Shown here piece by piece: positions 36,438 to 49,200 of a stretch of 64,000 bases of DNA. Below the pieces are notes generated by a model. The model searched no databases, had not been told where the DNA came from, and saw only the letters and a program-made list of their open reading frames with translations. Source of the DNA: Lama guanicoe (lineage: Eukaryota); contig MU053588.1 in NCBI GenBank assembly GCA_013239625.1, forward strand, positions 1,265,988 through 1,329,987, given 5' to 3'. Position 1 is the stretch's first letter. Every line of letters begins with the position of its first letter. The position numbers and the translations under genes were made by a program.

Positions 36438-36869
36438 GTTACTGACTCCTCCCAGCGGAGTGATCCAATAGTGAGAAACCAAGAGAGGAAGCCGAGACAG
36501 AAGCTGTCTCTAATAAACCCAGTCTGAGAAGTGACATACCATCACTTTGCCATATTCTCTTAGTCACACTGATCAATCGTGGTACAATTTGGGAGGGGTT
36601 CACATGAGGGTGTGAATACCATGGGAGGCCACTTTGAGGACTGATTACAATCTCTGACTTTTGATCAGAATGTTTATTGCATTCACATTTGATGTAGTTA
36701 TGGATAGAGCTGGTTTTATGGCTGCCATTTTGCTATTTGTTTTTCCTGTTACTCCTTCGCTACCTGCTTTTGTATTAGACAGTTTTTGTGTACCATGTAA
36801 ATTCCTCTGTTGATTTTTCAGAACTGTATATTTTGAAAGCTGGTTTTTAAATAGTCACTCTGAATGGAC

Positions 36870-37360
36870 ATATCAAGGACAAAATGGAGGGATAGATGTG
36901 CTGGAAGACAGAGAATTGCATGGAAAAATGGAGGAATGAAGTAATGAATGGATTAATAAAAGTTGGATGTAAGGATGGCTGAATGGATAGAAATATGGAC
37001 TAGTAATAAATAAACGGTTAGGTATTTGAATGGATGGATGGTCATACGAATGGGTGAAAGGTTGTATGATGAATAGATGGACAAACAGCTGGATAAATGA
37101 AGAACTAGATGGACTGCTGAGTGGATGGATATTAGGATATTTAGACAGATGGATGAACATATGCTTGAATGAATGTTTGGAGAGACTGGTGGATGAAGAG
37201 ATAAATGGGTGGAGAGATGAATGGATGGGATGGGTGGATGAACAAGCATTTGGATGAAAAGATGATTGGATAGATGGATTGGTGAGTGACTAGATGGTTT
37301 GATGTTTGATGAATAGATGTATGGACTTTTAGTTGGATGGATGCATGGATGGATGGAACA
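36870..37360 (+). repeat. Degenerate (TGGA)n low-complexity tract
   Basis: Repeated GATGGATG/GAATG units. Confidence 0.8.
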
Positions 37361-37674
37361 ACAGGCAATATAGTGGCTGAGTGTGTAGCCCTGGGAGCCA
37401 GACCACCTCGATTTGAATCCTGGTTCTGCCATTTATGGGCTCTGTGACCTCGGGCAATATATTTTATTTTTCTTTGCCTGCTTCCTCATCATTTACACAG
37501 AATAATAATAGTTCCTACCTCCTGGCATTGTGAAGAGTGAATGAGTTGATACACATAAAGCCCTGGATTTATTATGATGAGAGGATGGATGGACAGTGCA
37601 TCACTGAACTGGAAGGAAGGAACAGTGAGGGAGGTGAATGGGGTCATGCATACCCACAAGACACTGTTAGACAT

Positions 37675-37680
37675 TTTATT
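37675..37680 (-). terminator. Polyadenylation signal AATAAA of LGALS4
   Basis: TTTATT on the plus strand, 56 nt downstream of the stop. Confidence 0.8.
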
Positions 37681-37736
37681 AGGGTCTTTAAAGGATCTTC
37701 CTCTGTGTTCCCAATGGTTATGGCCCCAGGAATAGA

Positions 37737-40700
37737 TCAGATCTGGACGTAGGACAAAGTGACATCACCCTGGATCTCCACCATGTCCACTGTCTGGAAG
37801 GTGGAAAGGCGATGGGAAAAGTCGAAGAGGTGCTGACCATTGGCGTAAACCTTGAAGCGATCCATGCCACAGCGAATAGACAGCTGCAGAGAGAGGGGCG
37901 GGCATGAGGCCAGAGCTAGGACAGAGGCTTTGGAGGGAAGCAGGGAAAGAGACCTGAGACTTACATCAAAGAACTGTCCAGGACCGAATGGGTTGTAGGA
38001 AAGTTTCCTCTCCTCTGGTCCCCACGAGCCTTTCAGGCGGCTGTTCCGAACCACGATGCCCTCCGTCAGGCGGGGGTTAATGTGCAGAGCCAGGTCCCCC
38101 GAAGATCCCACCTTGAAGTTGATGACAAAGCTGGGGCAGAGAGGGAGTTAGGAGTAAGAGTTGGGAGCTGGGGGAGGTGGAGTGGGGAGCTCCCTCCCCA
38201 AGGAAGGGCGCCTGGACTCCGGGGTCTCCAATGGAGGAGGGGGCTGGAAGGCTCAGACCCCCAGGTCTGAGGGATAAGGGGGACTGAGGAGTCACACCTC
38301 TATCTAGATTCTGTACCTCTTGCCTGTGGGGGGTACATAGCCCTTGACTATGATGGTTCTTCGGGGTGTAAGCCCGCCTTGCAGTCTCCCCATAAATGGC
38401 ACGGGCTGTGGGAAGAGAACATGGTGTCCCATCATCTCTCAGGTCACCAGAAGCAAGATGCAGGGACAAATTTTCAGAGCGAGGAGCTCACTTGTCCTGG
38501 GAAACATCCCCGACCCCATCTCCTCCCCCACCCCCCAATTCCACCCTCTCCCCACCCACATCCCACCCCAAACACCCTCTGCCCTCTATTTCCTACCTTC
38601 TCACGGCTCCCTGTGGTTCAGGACCCCCCTACCCACCACCAGTTCTGTTTTCCCACAAATAGCCCACCGCAGAACCCTGAACTCCTGAAGGATACCATAC
38701 CGGGTTGAAGGTTGGGGGTCCTTCCATGGTCTGTGAAATAAGGAAGAGATATTATTCTATAACTTTTGACAAACCTTGGGGGCACATCTAAGGCATATCT
38801 CTAGGTGTTGGATTAGTACAACTGGGGATCCGACCTCTCTGACCATCCCCCTTCCCACCAAATGACCACCCAACCCTCCCACTTACAGGCAGGCTTCTTG
38901 ATTGTTGGTGGTACTGGCCAGGACCCTACATGGACGGACAGAAGGCATGAATGGTGGAGAGGTTGGGGGGGTCCTCTGGCTGACCCAGGACCTCCTCAGC
39001 CACTGACCCCCCATTTCAAGGGGATGACCATCACACACCAGCAGGTACTTACTGGGTACGCCGGATTAGGCATGGGTGGCTGTGGGCACAGAAGAAAGAG
39101 GCAATGAGGGGGACTCCAAACTAGGGCCTGGAGTTGTAAACGATTCCTGTCCCTTGACTCCGGGGTCAAAGGGTGGCACCCAGATAACTCATTCATGGAG
39201 AGGAGCTCGCCGTGTTTAGCCATCTCCAGGGCATCGTGAATCTCAACCCACCCCTCTAGAACAAGCCGGGTAAATTCTCTTTTTGCATCTTGCTATCCCA
39301 GGACCTTCCTCCACCCCTCTCCTGCCCCCTCCACCCAGGAGCCGTATGATAAAGTATGCACGCTCAGAACATCCTCCCAGGTCCACCTGATACCCTGCTC
39401 ACCTCACCTCCAACCAGGATTGGCCCCTCACTCTATGCGCTCACCCCTGGGGCGAGCCGGGGTACTTGGAAGCAGCTAAGTTCCTGTCTGAGGCTCTCTC
39501 AGTCCAAGTGTGTCTCTCTTTGTCTCTGTTTCTCAGTCTCTGTTCCTCTCTCGCAGCCTCAATGTTTCTCACAAGTGATTCCTTCTTCCTGAAACACCTT
39601 ACGGCTCCCAGACAACTTTTATTCACCCTTACCCTCTGTTTCCTCCTCTAACGAACTCCTTTCTGCTTTGACTTCTGTTTTAAGCCAGCTAGTCTGAAGG
39701 CCCTGGAAAAAATAGCTTTATTGTCATTTTTTTTTTAATGCACTGATGAAGCACGAAGTTAAGATGAACTGCCGTGGGCCTGTGGCTGCCTTACGATAAG
39801 ACATTTCCTTATCAGAGAGGTAGAGGGGTGGTTTGATCTGTGCCTCTGCTGCTTACAAATGCCATGATCCACAGCAAGTTACTTAAGCTCTCCGTGCCTC
39901 AGTTCCCATATCTGTAAAATGGGGTTATGAGGTCCTGGGTTCAATCCCCAGTACCTCCATTAAAAAAGAAAAAAAAATGAGGCTGATGGTCATCAGAGTA
40001 CTTTCCTCGGGGAGGTGCTGGGGAACCTACAGGCTGGGAAGGGGAGAGTCCTCAGCTGAAGGGCATAGGGGTCTGGAGTTTGGGTTTCTCTAAGCAGTAC
40101 TGCTGTGAGTATTCCAGTGTATGTGTTTTGGTGGCCAGTGGTTCACTGTGGACCTGGGAGTGGAGTTTCATGGTCATCGGGTGTATGTCTGTTCAGCAAC
40201 CATAGACACTGCCCTGTCATCTTGCAAGTTATGGGAGTGTTGGCCAGTCCACAGCCTCATCAACAACTGGTACTATGTGCCTTTCTCATTACAGCCCTTC
40301 TGGCGGGTGTGTAGTGGTGGCTCCCTGTGATTTTCAGTGAGTTTCCAGCTGACTAATGATGTCAGGCAACTTCTCAGGAACATGTTTGCTACTCCTGTGG
40401 TTTTTGTTCCTGTGTATCTTCATTTCCTGACTCAGCTTAGACACCCACTTCTCCTCCAGAAAGCCCTTCCTTAAGACCTCCTGTGTGTCCCCCATGCCTG
40501 CACTGACGACCTGTGGCCAATACCATCTGGCAACACATCCATCTTCCCAGTGGACTGTCTTGGTCACCGCTGGGTTCATGGCATCACCCAGCAAAGGGAT
40601 GGGCACAGAGCAGGTGCTCAGGAAATAAATGACTGTGGGGATGAATTAAGGAAGAAAGCAAACAAATAAGAGAGGGAAATGCCACACACCTGGAATGGGG

Positions 40701-43700
40701 CAGGGTGGCCCCCGATGAAGTTGATTGATTGGAGTTCCAGGTCCCCATCCACTTGCAGGTGGGTGACCGTCTGCACTGGGAGCCGGTGCCCAAACTCATA
40801 GAAGGGGTTCCCATTCACCACCACCTGGAGGGCAGAGGTAAGGTCAGAGTCAGCAACCATGACCTTGGGAAGGTAGAAAGAGGAAATGGGAAACAGGGAC
40901 TTGGGGTCAAAAGTCTTGAGGGTGAGCTGGGATAACCTCAGAGTCAGGAATCTGGAATCCCCTGGTCAGTGGTCAAGCTGAGGGTAAAAAGTCAGCTCAC
41001 AGACTGGTGACTGGGAAAGAAGAGAGAATTTAGTCTGGAGATGGAGACTGAGAGAGAATCGAGTCAGAGTCCTGGTTTTAGCACCAAATGAGTTGGGTTT
41101 GAGGTCTTGTTCTGACGTATCTTGGCTGTGTGACCTCAGGTAAGTTATTCACTTCTCTGAGCCTTTGTTTCTGCATCTGTAAAATGGGGGCTTGCTCTGG
41201 GATTGTGGAGAAGGTGTGTCAAAATCCTGGGTAGAGCCTTGCCTTGTTATCACATCTCAGCCTACTTTAAGCCAGCACGGTTCTATTTATAATGCTAAGC
41301 AGTGAGCATGGGGCTGAAAGCCAGCTCCACTGGATCACAAGCTTCCTACAACAGCTCCGTGAGGCAAGACAAGGCACTGTCTCTATTGTTCAAAAAAGCA
41401 GGTTCCAGGCCCTAGAGTGACAAGTTCAAGGTCACACAGGGGGAGTGGCAAAGCCCAGACTTGAACCTGACTGTGCCCAGCTCAAGCCATGATGTTAACC
41501 TCTGGTGATGAGGTCAGAAACCGCGTACCCATATGAGGGCAGGTAATGTCCAGGTAGGTTCTCCCACCCTGCAATTTCCCTCCAGGAGATTCCTCTCGCC
41601 TGGGCTGGTGGGCGGGGTGGGGCGGGGTGGGGAGATGAATGTGCACAGGGTTTCCGCTGCAGTGTCATTTGTGCGGAGCCGGAAGTGGGGGATGGAGAGA
41701 TCTTGGAGCACGGACACAGGGAGTCCCCCATAGGCATCAGAAGGGCCAGACCAAATGTGACAGCACAACACGGGGGCTCTAACATAGACAATGTGCATGG
41801 GAAAAACAGAAGGTACAGCATGAAGAACACACATACCTAAAAAAACACAGGCACAGAAACAGAGCCAGAACAACAGATAAGGATAAAGGCCACCCCTGGG
41901 GCTGGAGGGACTGGGAGGGCCATGAGGGGGCTTCTGGGGCTAGAGGGGTTCTGTTTCTGGATCTAGGAGCTGGCTACCCAGTGCGTTCTCACTGTGAAAA
42001 AAACGGAAGTTGTGGATGCATGGCGGGCACTTTTCTGTACTTGGGTCACACTCCAGTAACACATCTGGGGGAAGGTAAAGCTCAGCGGTAGAGCGCGGGC
42101 TTAGCATGCACAAGGCCTTGGGTTCAACTCCCAGTACCTTTATTAAAATAAAAAAAATAATAAATCTAATTACCTTTCCCTCCAAAAAACAAAAATAAAA
42201 AAGTATATGGAAATGTAAATGACCTAAAATAGCGAAAACAATTTTTAAAAATAAAAATTAATAAATAAACCTAACTACCTCCCATCCACCACCCCAAAAA
42301 AGATGGACATTAAAAAAAAATAATAACACATCCCAAATCCTCCCATAATAGTAATCAATTACACTGTGTGAGTCTTTTCTGGACCCTGATTCAAACACAC
42401 AAATTGTGAAAACAACTAAGATTATGGCATTTGTGATATGCCTGGATCGCTGACTGGGTGTGTGAAGGTGCTAAGACCTGTTCATTGTTTAGGTCTGAGC
42501 CTGGCATCGTGACTGTGTTCTTAAAAACGGAAATATTTTGTGAATGAAATGATTTGATATCTGGGATTTGCTTTTAACTAACACGGGAGGGGCAGTGGGA
42601 GGTGGACAGGCCGAGGAGCTGAGGGCTTCTCAGGACTCTGTACTTCCCTGTGTGTTTAGAGTTTTTGGCAAAAAAGAGCAAAAATACGCATTTCGCAAGA
42701 ACACGGAGTAATGAGATGATATATGTGAAATGTATTAGTAGGCTCTCCCCGGTGGAGGAATGGGAATGAGAAAAAGGCATGGGAGAATTTTTTCACTAGG
42801 CAGGAGAGGAGGAAAAGAAAAGAAAAAAGTGAGGCAGGGAGGGAGGAGGGCAGGGTGAGGAGGAGGCAGCGGGAGGGATGGGGCGGGGGAGGGGAGAGGG
42901 AGGAGGGAGGCCCCGCCCTCGCGGCTCCGACCTTGTAGTGCTCCGGCAGGATCATGAACACCAGCTCGAAGGCGGCGCCCTTGCTGAAGGGCATGCTCAT
43001 TTTTCTCTCCTCCTTGCCCCACTTGCCGTCCTGCTGCGTGTTGAAGACCACCTTGTCCCAGCCATCAAAGCGGGGGTTGAAGTGGAAGGCCACGTCCGCC
43101 CCAGGGCCCTGGCCCACCACGAAGTTCACGAAGAACCTGGCGGGACACGAAGGGCTGTTCTCCTGCCTCCCACTCCCCCGCAAGCGCCAGCTTCCTCTGG
43201 GAAGCCCTCTGTGTCCCCACCTGTTCCCAAGATGTGACCTTGGCACTATTGACCCGAGAGTGGAGGAGTAAATTGTGCCCCTTAGACCAGGCAGCAGATT
43301 CCCAGCACCACCCCTTCTCTCACTCTCTTTCCAATAAGGGACCCCCTCCCCACACCCAACTTCAGACAGGACTACTATTGGACTCCTGTGTTTATCCCAA
43401 CTAGACATTTATCAGTTCAGGTCTCTCTGCCCGCCCCCCAGGCTCCTGCAGGCCATTCCCCATGTGCAGCCAGAGGGACCTTGTGAAAACCCAAATCAGA
43501 CCACTGTCCTCACACCAACATCCCCCAAATCCTTGGGGCAGGCACACACCTGCCTCAGGGCCTTTGCACTGACTGTTCTTTTGGCCTAGAATCCCCTTCC
43601 CTCAAATACACCCCAGGCTTCCTCCCTCACCTCCTTCAGGTCTTTGCGAAAATTTCCCTTCCCTTCCCGGGAACCTTTACCTGGCCACCTTATTTAAAGG

Positions 43701-44873
43701 GACAATGCCACATTTCCTCGACCCCCATCGACTCCCTATTTCCCTTCCCTCCTTATTAATCTCCAGAGTATTTAGCATCATCTGACATATTATATATTTG
43801 ACGTATTTATTTTTTTATCTGTCTCCTCTACTAGGATGTCAGCTCCACAAGGGCAGGGATCTTTGTCCTGTTGACTGCTCTGTCCCCCGTGTCTAGGCAC
43901 AGAGTCGGAGCTCAGTGGGCAAAGAAGCAATGGACAAAGAAACAACAGTCCTATGCAGTCAGTTCAATTATTATCACCATTTTAAGATCATAAAAAGCTA
44001 AGCGTTATTATACCACTTACTTGAGGGCTCTACATGTTTTACACACTGAATCCTCAAAACAATCCCATTTTACAGATTACAAACTAAAGCACGATGAGCT
44101 TTCCATCACACAGTGGGTAAGTGACAGAGCTAGGTTGTGAACTCAGGCAGACTAGCTCTGAGCCTGTGATCTTCATTCATGCTATCACACCTATCAGTCC
44201 AATCCAGTGTCTCACCTCTGGGGTCATATATCATGGTGCATCTCCCTGACACCTCCCAGCTCCCAGGGCCTCCACTCCTAATCTAGTCACCAGGCCCCGG
44301 ACTGCCCAGACCAGGTCTCTGACAAACTAGGGTGGAGGGAGGGAAGAAGGCTTCCTACACAAGGGTTGGAAGCCCCCTGTTTGTAGCCCCCTCCCAGCCT
44401 AGCCTGGTGTGGGGGAGAGTCTTACCTCTTCATGTGCTGGCTAGCCATTCCTTGGATGTAAACAGACATTCCGACCCTGAGACCACCTGGGATGGGGTTG
44501 TGGTACGGCAGCGTCTGCAGAAGGGGCCAGGTGAGGGGCCTCGAAGGCCATTGCAGCCTTCACTGCTCATCCAGAAGCCCCTCCGCCCCAACTCCCTTAA
44601 TCAAGGGAGAGGAAGCCAAGGGGTGAGGGATCAGCATGCAGATGAAGAGGGGGGAGTTAGATACAGACATTAAGTAGCCTGAGCATCAGGATGGGAGTAA
44701 GTCAAGCCCCAGGGCCAGTACTGGGTAAATCACGCCAAGGGTTGGGTGGGCGCCTCTGAGAATCAGGGTGAGGGTAAATTGTGCCTAGGGATCAGGGTGG
44801 AGCTAAGTCAGGTCCTAGGGTATCTCACCGGGTTGTAGGTGGGCTGGTAGCCCGGTGCAGGGACAAAGGCCAT
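37737..44873 (-). CDS. LGALS4: Galectin-4 (323 aa, two CRDs): join(44829..44873, 44426..44514, 42932..43136, 40690..40824, 39053..39079, 38887..38925, 38701..38730, 38317..38405, 37965..38130, 37737..37883)
   Basis: [19 protein letters not shown]...|[32 protein letters not shown]...WGKEER...; C-terminal [19 protein letters not shown]...WGPEER...LSYVQI*. Ten GT-AG exons sum to 972 nt. Confidence 0.96.
42067..42320 (+). mobile_element. tRNA-derived SINE (Vic-1-like) with extended, duplicated tail
   Basis: GGGGGAAGGTAAAGCTCAGCGGTAGAGCGCGGGCTTAGCATGCACAAGG...CCCAGTACC. Confidence 0.8.
43440..43920. mobile_element. L2 LINE fragment
   Basis: CCTGCCTCAGGGCCTTTGCACTG...AGCTCCACAAGGGCAGGGA...GGCACAGAG blocks typical of the L2 3' region. 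Confidence 0.65.
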
Positions 44874-44956
44874 CTCGAGAGGCTGGGCTGGTGGCTCCTC
44901 CTGTGAGAACAGCTGCAGGAGTGGAGAATGATGGCTGATGGCAAGTGGTAGGTGGC

Positions 44957-44963
44957 TTTTATA
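44957..44963 (-). promoter_or_regulatory. TATA box (TATAAAA) of LGALS4
   Basis: TTTTATA on the plus strand, ~85 nt upstream of the ATG. Confidence 0.75.
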
Positions 44964-46074
44964 CCTGAGGATAAGGGAGTGGCTGGCAGGGCAGGATTTA
45001 TGGGGTCCCTCTTCTGGGCATCCCCGGCTCACATCTTCTAGGGCATCTCGTCTCCCTTCTCTTCTCAGCCTTACTGGTAACCAGCCAGAACCCAGATGAT
45101 CTGGGCCAGGCCTGGGGGACTCAACTCAGAGCCCCCTCCTCTAAGCCCTTCTGCAAAGAGGAAGTGCTGGCAAACTTTGGACCTTCCAGGGCCTTATCAG
45201 AGCCTATAAATGCCTGCTTGACCTTTGTTAGCAGAGGGAGGGTGAAGCCAGGAGGGTTGGGCAGGGCAAGGCTAAAAGGAGTGGTTCAGACAGATGGGCA
45301 ATGGAAGAAAGTGAAATCAGGGAGGAACTGGGAGCTCTTGATACTCCCAGAAACTGAAAGGACCTAAATTTATTGCATGCCTACTACATGCCTCTACTAC
45401 GTGCATTATATTGTATATATAGTGGTTTAAATCACTGATCTCTGAGGCCAGAGGTTTTGGGTTCCTTCCTCTGCCACTCCTCCGCTGTTTGATACTGAAT
45501 CAGTGCCTAAACCTCAGTTTACCCATTTGCCCATCTGTAAAATGAAGATATTAATAGTTATCAACCCCACAGGGTCCTTGAAAGGAATCATCCAGTCAAG
45601 AAATACCCAGAACAGGACTGGCATATAGAAGACACAAAGGTAATGTTTGGTCTCTTGCCCTTATTCCAAACATAAATCCAGGAGGTTGGGATTACACATG
45701 GGTAAGAAAACCCAAAGCTTAAAGAAATGAGGCAGTTAGCCCAGACTGGGTAGCAATGGAACTGTAGCCAGACTCCAGCACTGGATCCCAGGTGCCAGGT
45801 GGGGGAGAGTGAACACCGCCCTCAAGCCTACAGAAGGCAGGGAGACCATCTGTAGCCTTACAGCCCAGAAGGAGCCATGTGACTTTCTATTGACCCTGAC
45901 CTACCCACTGCCATTCTGAAGGGTCATCACCTGCATGGCTCCTATTCCTATCAGTCAAATCTCTATCCCCAATCTTCAGCACAACTGTGGTCCTTGGAGC
46001 CCCCAGGTGCATCATGTTACCCCCTTTCTGCCTCTCCTCCCTCTCCAATAAGGACACCAGGTTCTTAACATTGA

Positions 46075-46080
46075 TTTATT
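46075..46080 (-). terminator. Polyadenylation signal AATAAA of ECH1
   Basis: TTTATT on the plus strand, ~160 nt downstream of the stop. Confidence 0.75.
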
Positions 46081-46240
46081 GCTAGTGCGGCGAAGACAAG
46101 GTGGGAGGAAATCAATATCATTAAGTTATAAACTGGGAGGAGAAAACAGCGAGGTGACCATGTTCACTAATCCTCTCCGTGAATGAGGAAACAGCGGCAC
46201 GAGGTCAGACCCTGGGTGAAGACCTGGGACGAGAGGCCTC

Positions 46241-49200
46241 TCAGAGATTGGAGAAGGTGACGGTCTTCAGGTCCTTCTTCTCCAATGCGGCCTGAACAGA
46301 CTTAATGATGTCCTCTGTTTGCAGCATGCTCATGTTCCAGGATTTCTGGATAAAGAGAGCAGCGGGTAATAGAATGGATGCAGGAAGATTTTAATTAGGC
46401 CAATGGGAAAATGGGAGGGAAATAGCAGCACACCAGTCAGAAGACAAGGGCCACAGAGAGCCACTGTGCCCTGATTGGTCGCTCTGGGATCAGAGAAGGG
46501 CTGTGATTGGTCGGATGAAGAGCCTCACCATGAAGTTGAGGCCTTCTGTCACGGAATGGTCGCGGGAGTAGATCAGGTTGATTTTGGTGCCCTGCACCGC
46601 CACGGGGCTCCTGCTGGAAATCTCAGATGCCAGGGCGAAGGCTGCATCAAGCATGACCTCCTTGTCCGAGAAGACCCGACTAGAAATGAAAGGAATTAGG
46701 AATCGGGCCATCTGAGAAGGGCCCTCTCCTTCCTCCCATGGATGAAGAAGTGGCCAATCACAGTAGCAAGCGGAAGACACTCCAGTGAAATGGCCCAATC
46801 AGAGCAGGGCATTAGACTGTAGCCCACCCAGAGAGAGGAGCCCACTTGAAATCTTGAGTGACCTATATGGGGATTTAGAGAGCCTCACTCAGGTCTGGCT
46901 GCCCCTGAACTCTTACCCAGAGCAGAACTCAGCCCTTACCTGACCAACCCACTGTCCAGGGCCTCGTCAGCCATCATCATGCGGGCAGTGAAGGCCAGCT
47001 CGTTGACCAGGCTGCAAGAGGGCAGGGCGTGTCAGGGGACTGCAGTCATCCCAGGCCCTGGAGATGCTCTGCGGTCCCCTCACCCAGGATCCCCTCGTCT
47101 ACCTCTGGTTCCCGATGACTCTGGGCAGTCGCTGCAGGGTTCCTACATCCGCTGCCAAACCAAGGTCCACCTCCTGGGGAGAGCAATCTTGTCAGTGCTT
47201 GGTTTCTGCCCAATATTGCCCCCATGCAAACCTAATGCCAGAGAGAGTCTACACTTACTACAGAGGTCCCACTCCACACCCACCTCAGAGACTCCTTCCC
47301 ACGCCAAACACCCTGTTTCATTCCTATCCACATACTTTTGCCCATGTAGGTTTCTTTGGTCTAGAATAGAGCCCACCCTCCAATTCCTCTGCCCTCCCAA
47401 TTATTTGAAGTCAGCCACGTCTACCTCCAGATGGAAGCCTGCCCCAACGCCCCTCCCTCCATGAGCTCCATCCTACCTCCCGCCTGTACTCCAGCACTGA
47501 CCCCAGCAGCACCCTCAGCCTCATCCCTGCCCCCAGACCTTTACTCACTCCTCACTTCACCTGGACTGCATGGCCCACCCTTGACTTCCTGTATAGCCAC
47601 GTGTTACTATTTAAGGTTCAATTCTGACCAACTCTTCCATGAAGCCCTCCAGGGTCCCTCCAACTGCCTTAGCTTGCTCTTTCCCTGCTCTACCCCTGCT
47701 CCCACCTGGCTCTGCCACTCATTTCCCAGCTCTAAGCAGGACCCCAGGAAGCAGGAGTTTGGGAGGGTGACTCACCTTCACCTGGAAGAAGGCATCCTGG
47801 GCACAGTACCGGATGTCACAGGCAGTGATGAGATCCACGCCTGGGAGGTAGAGGTCAGGGACACTAACCACAAGGACCAACTCCTCCTCCCAGGCCATGG
47901 GGGTGCACCTTGGGGCAAAGTCTAACTAGCAACAGATCTGAGGCTGGGAGCCATTGGCTGGATGGGTGATGGGTGGCAGCAGACTCACCTCCACCAATGC
48001 AGCCCCCGTGGATGGCAGCAATCACTGGCTTAGGGCACTGGAGGGGGGACAGGAGGAGCAGGGTCAAGGCTGGTCCAGGAGCGGCGGGCAGGAGGGATGC
48101 CCTGCAACCCCCGTAGAGTCACCTTCTCAATGACACTGAAAGTCTCTTGGTATCTGGTGATGAGGCTACGGAGCTGCCAGCTGGTGCGGGCCACATCAGT
48201 TCTTTGCGGTTTAAAGAATTCTGAAGCCAAGTCCGTGAGATCGATCCCTGGTGGGGCGACATGAGGAGGGTCACCTAGTCTCCCGGGTCCCACCTACTGC
48301 CGCAACTAGAGGTCAGAGCCCAGGCAAACCACCAGTGGAGAAAGCAACTCACACAAGACTTCTGGAGGGATCGCTTATGGGGTGTGAAGTCAAAACAAGC
48401 TGACAGGTGTTGAGTCATCCCTTACTGTAGCCTCACGATGACTCTGAGGTAGGTCCTGTTACTATCTCCGTTTACCCCAGGAGAAATCGAGGCCCACAGA
48501 GCTTAAGTCACTTGCTCAAGGTCACACTGGTTTGTGAGTAATGGAACTGTGATTTCAAACCCAGAATCACATAGCTGGCTCCTGGGGCCATGCTTTTCCA
48601 GATGGTACCAGATGGCCTGCAGGTCAAGGTTTTGGTATGAGCAACTGTGTCAAAGGTGGTCATGTTTCCAGAGGCAGGAAGACCAGAAATTGAGCCATTT
48701 TCGCAGCTCCTGCTTCAAGACAATCCCAAATCTGACCTTTCCTCCACTAATCATTCTCCATGACCCCTAGTCTGGCTACCACCACCTCTTCCAGTCTCCC
48801 CGCTCCATCCTCTGCCCTCAGTCTGTTCCCCACACGCGGCCTCAGGGCCCTCTCCTCTTCCCTCCCATCCCTCTTACTTAGAAAAAAGTACAAGGTTTTC
48901 TTTTGCCAAGACCTTACCAGCCCTGCAGGAGCACAATTTCCATCAGGCACACAGGCCTCCAACAGCTGTTCCAACAACACAACACATTCCCTTCCCAGGG
49001 CCTTTAGTGCCTACTGCTCCCTCTGCCTAGAACAGTCCTTCCCAGTGATGGACTCCATCACACTGTTCAGGCCACAGTCCAGTGGTCGCCGCCAGCTCTG
49101 GCCGCCCCGGCTAAATAGCAGCCCATCACCCTCCAGCTCCTTCCTCTGCCTTATCTCCTCCACAGCCCTCTTGTTATCACATAATTGTGAACTTATCTCA

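Larger units (their letters stand above)
35064..36649 (-). mobile_element. MLT1 (MaLR) LTR fragmented by three later insertions
   Basis: TGTATTA...ATAACAAATTA start and GGGTGTGAATACC...GATTACA end. Segments at ~35064-35244, 35577-35618, 35778-35847 and 36440-36649. Confidence 0.65.
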
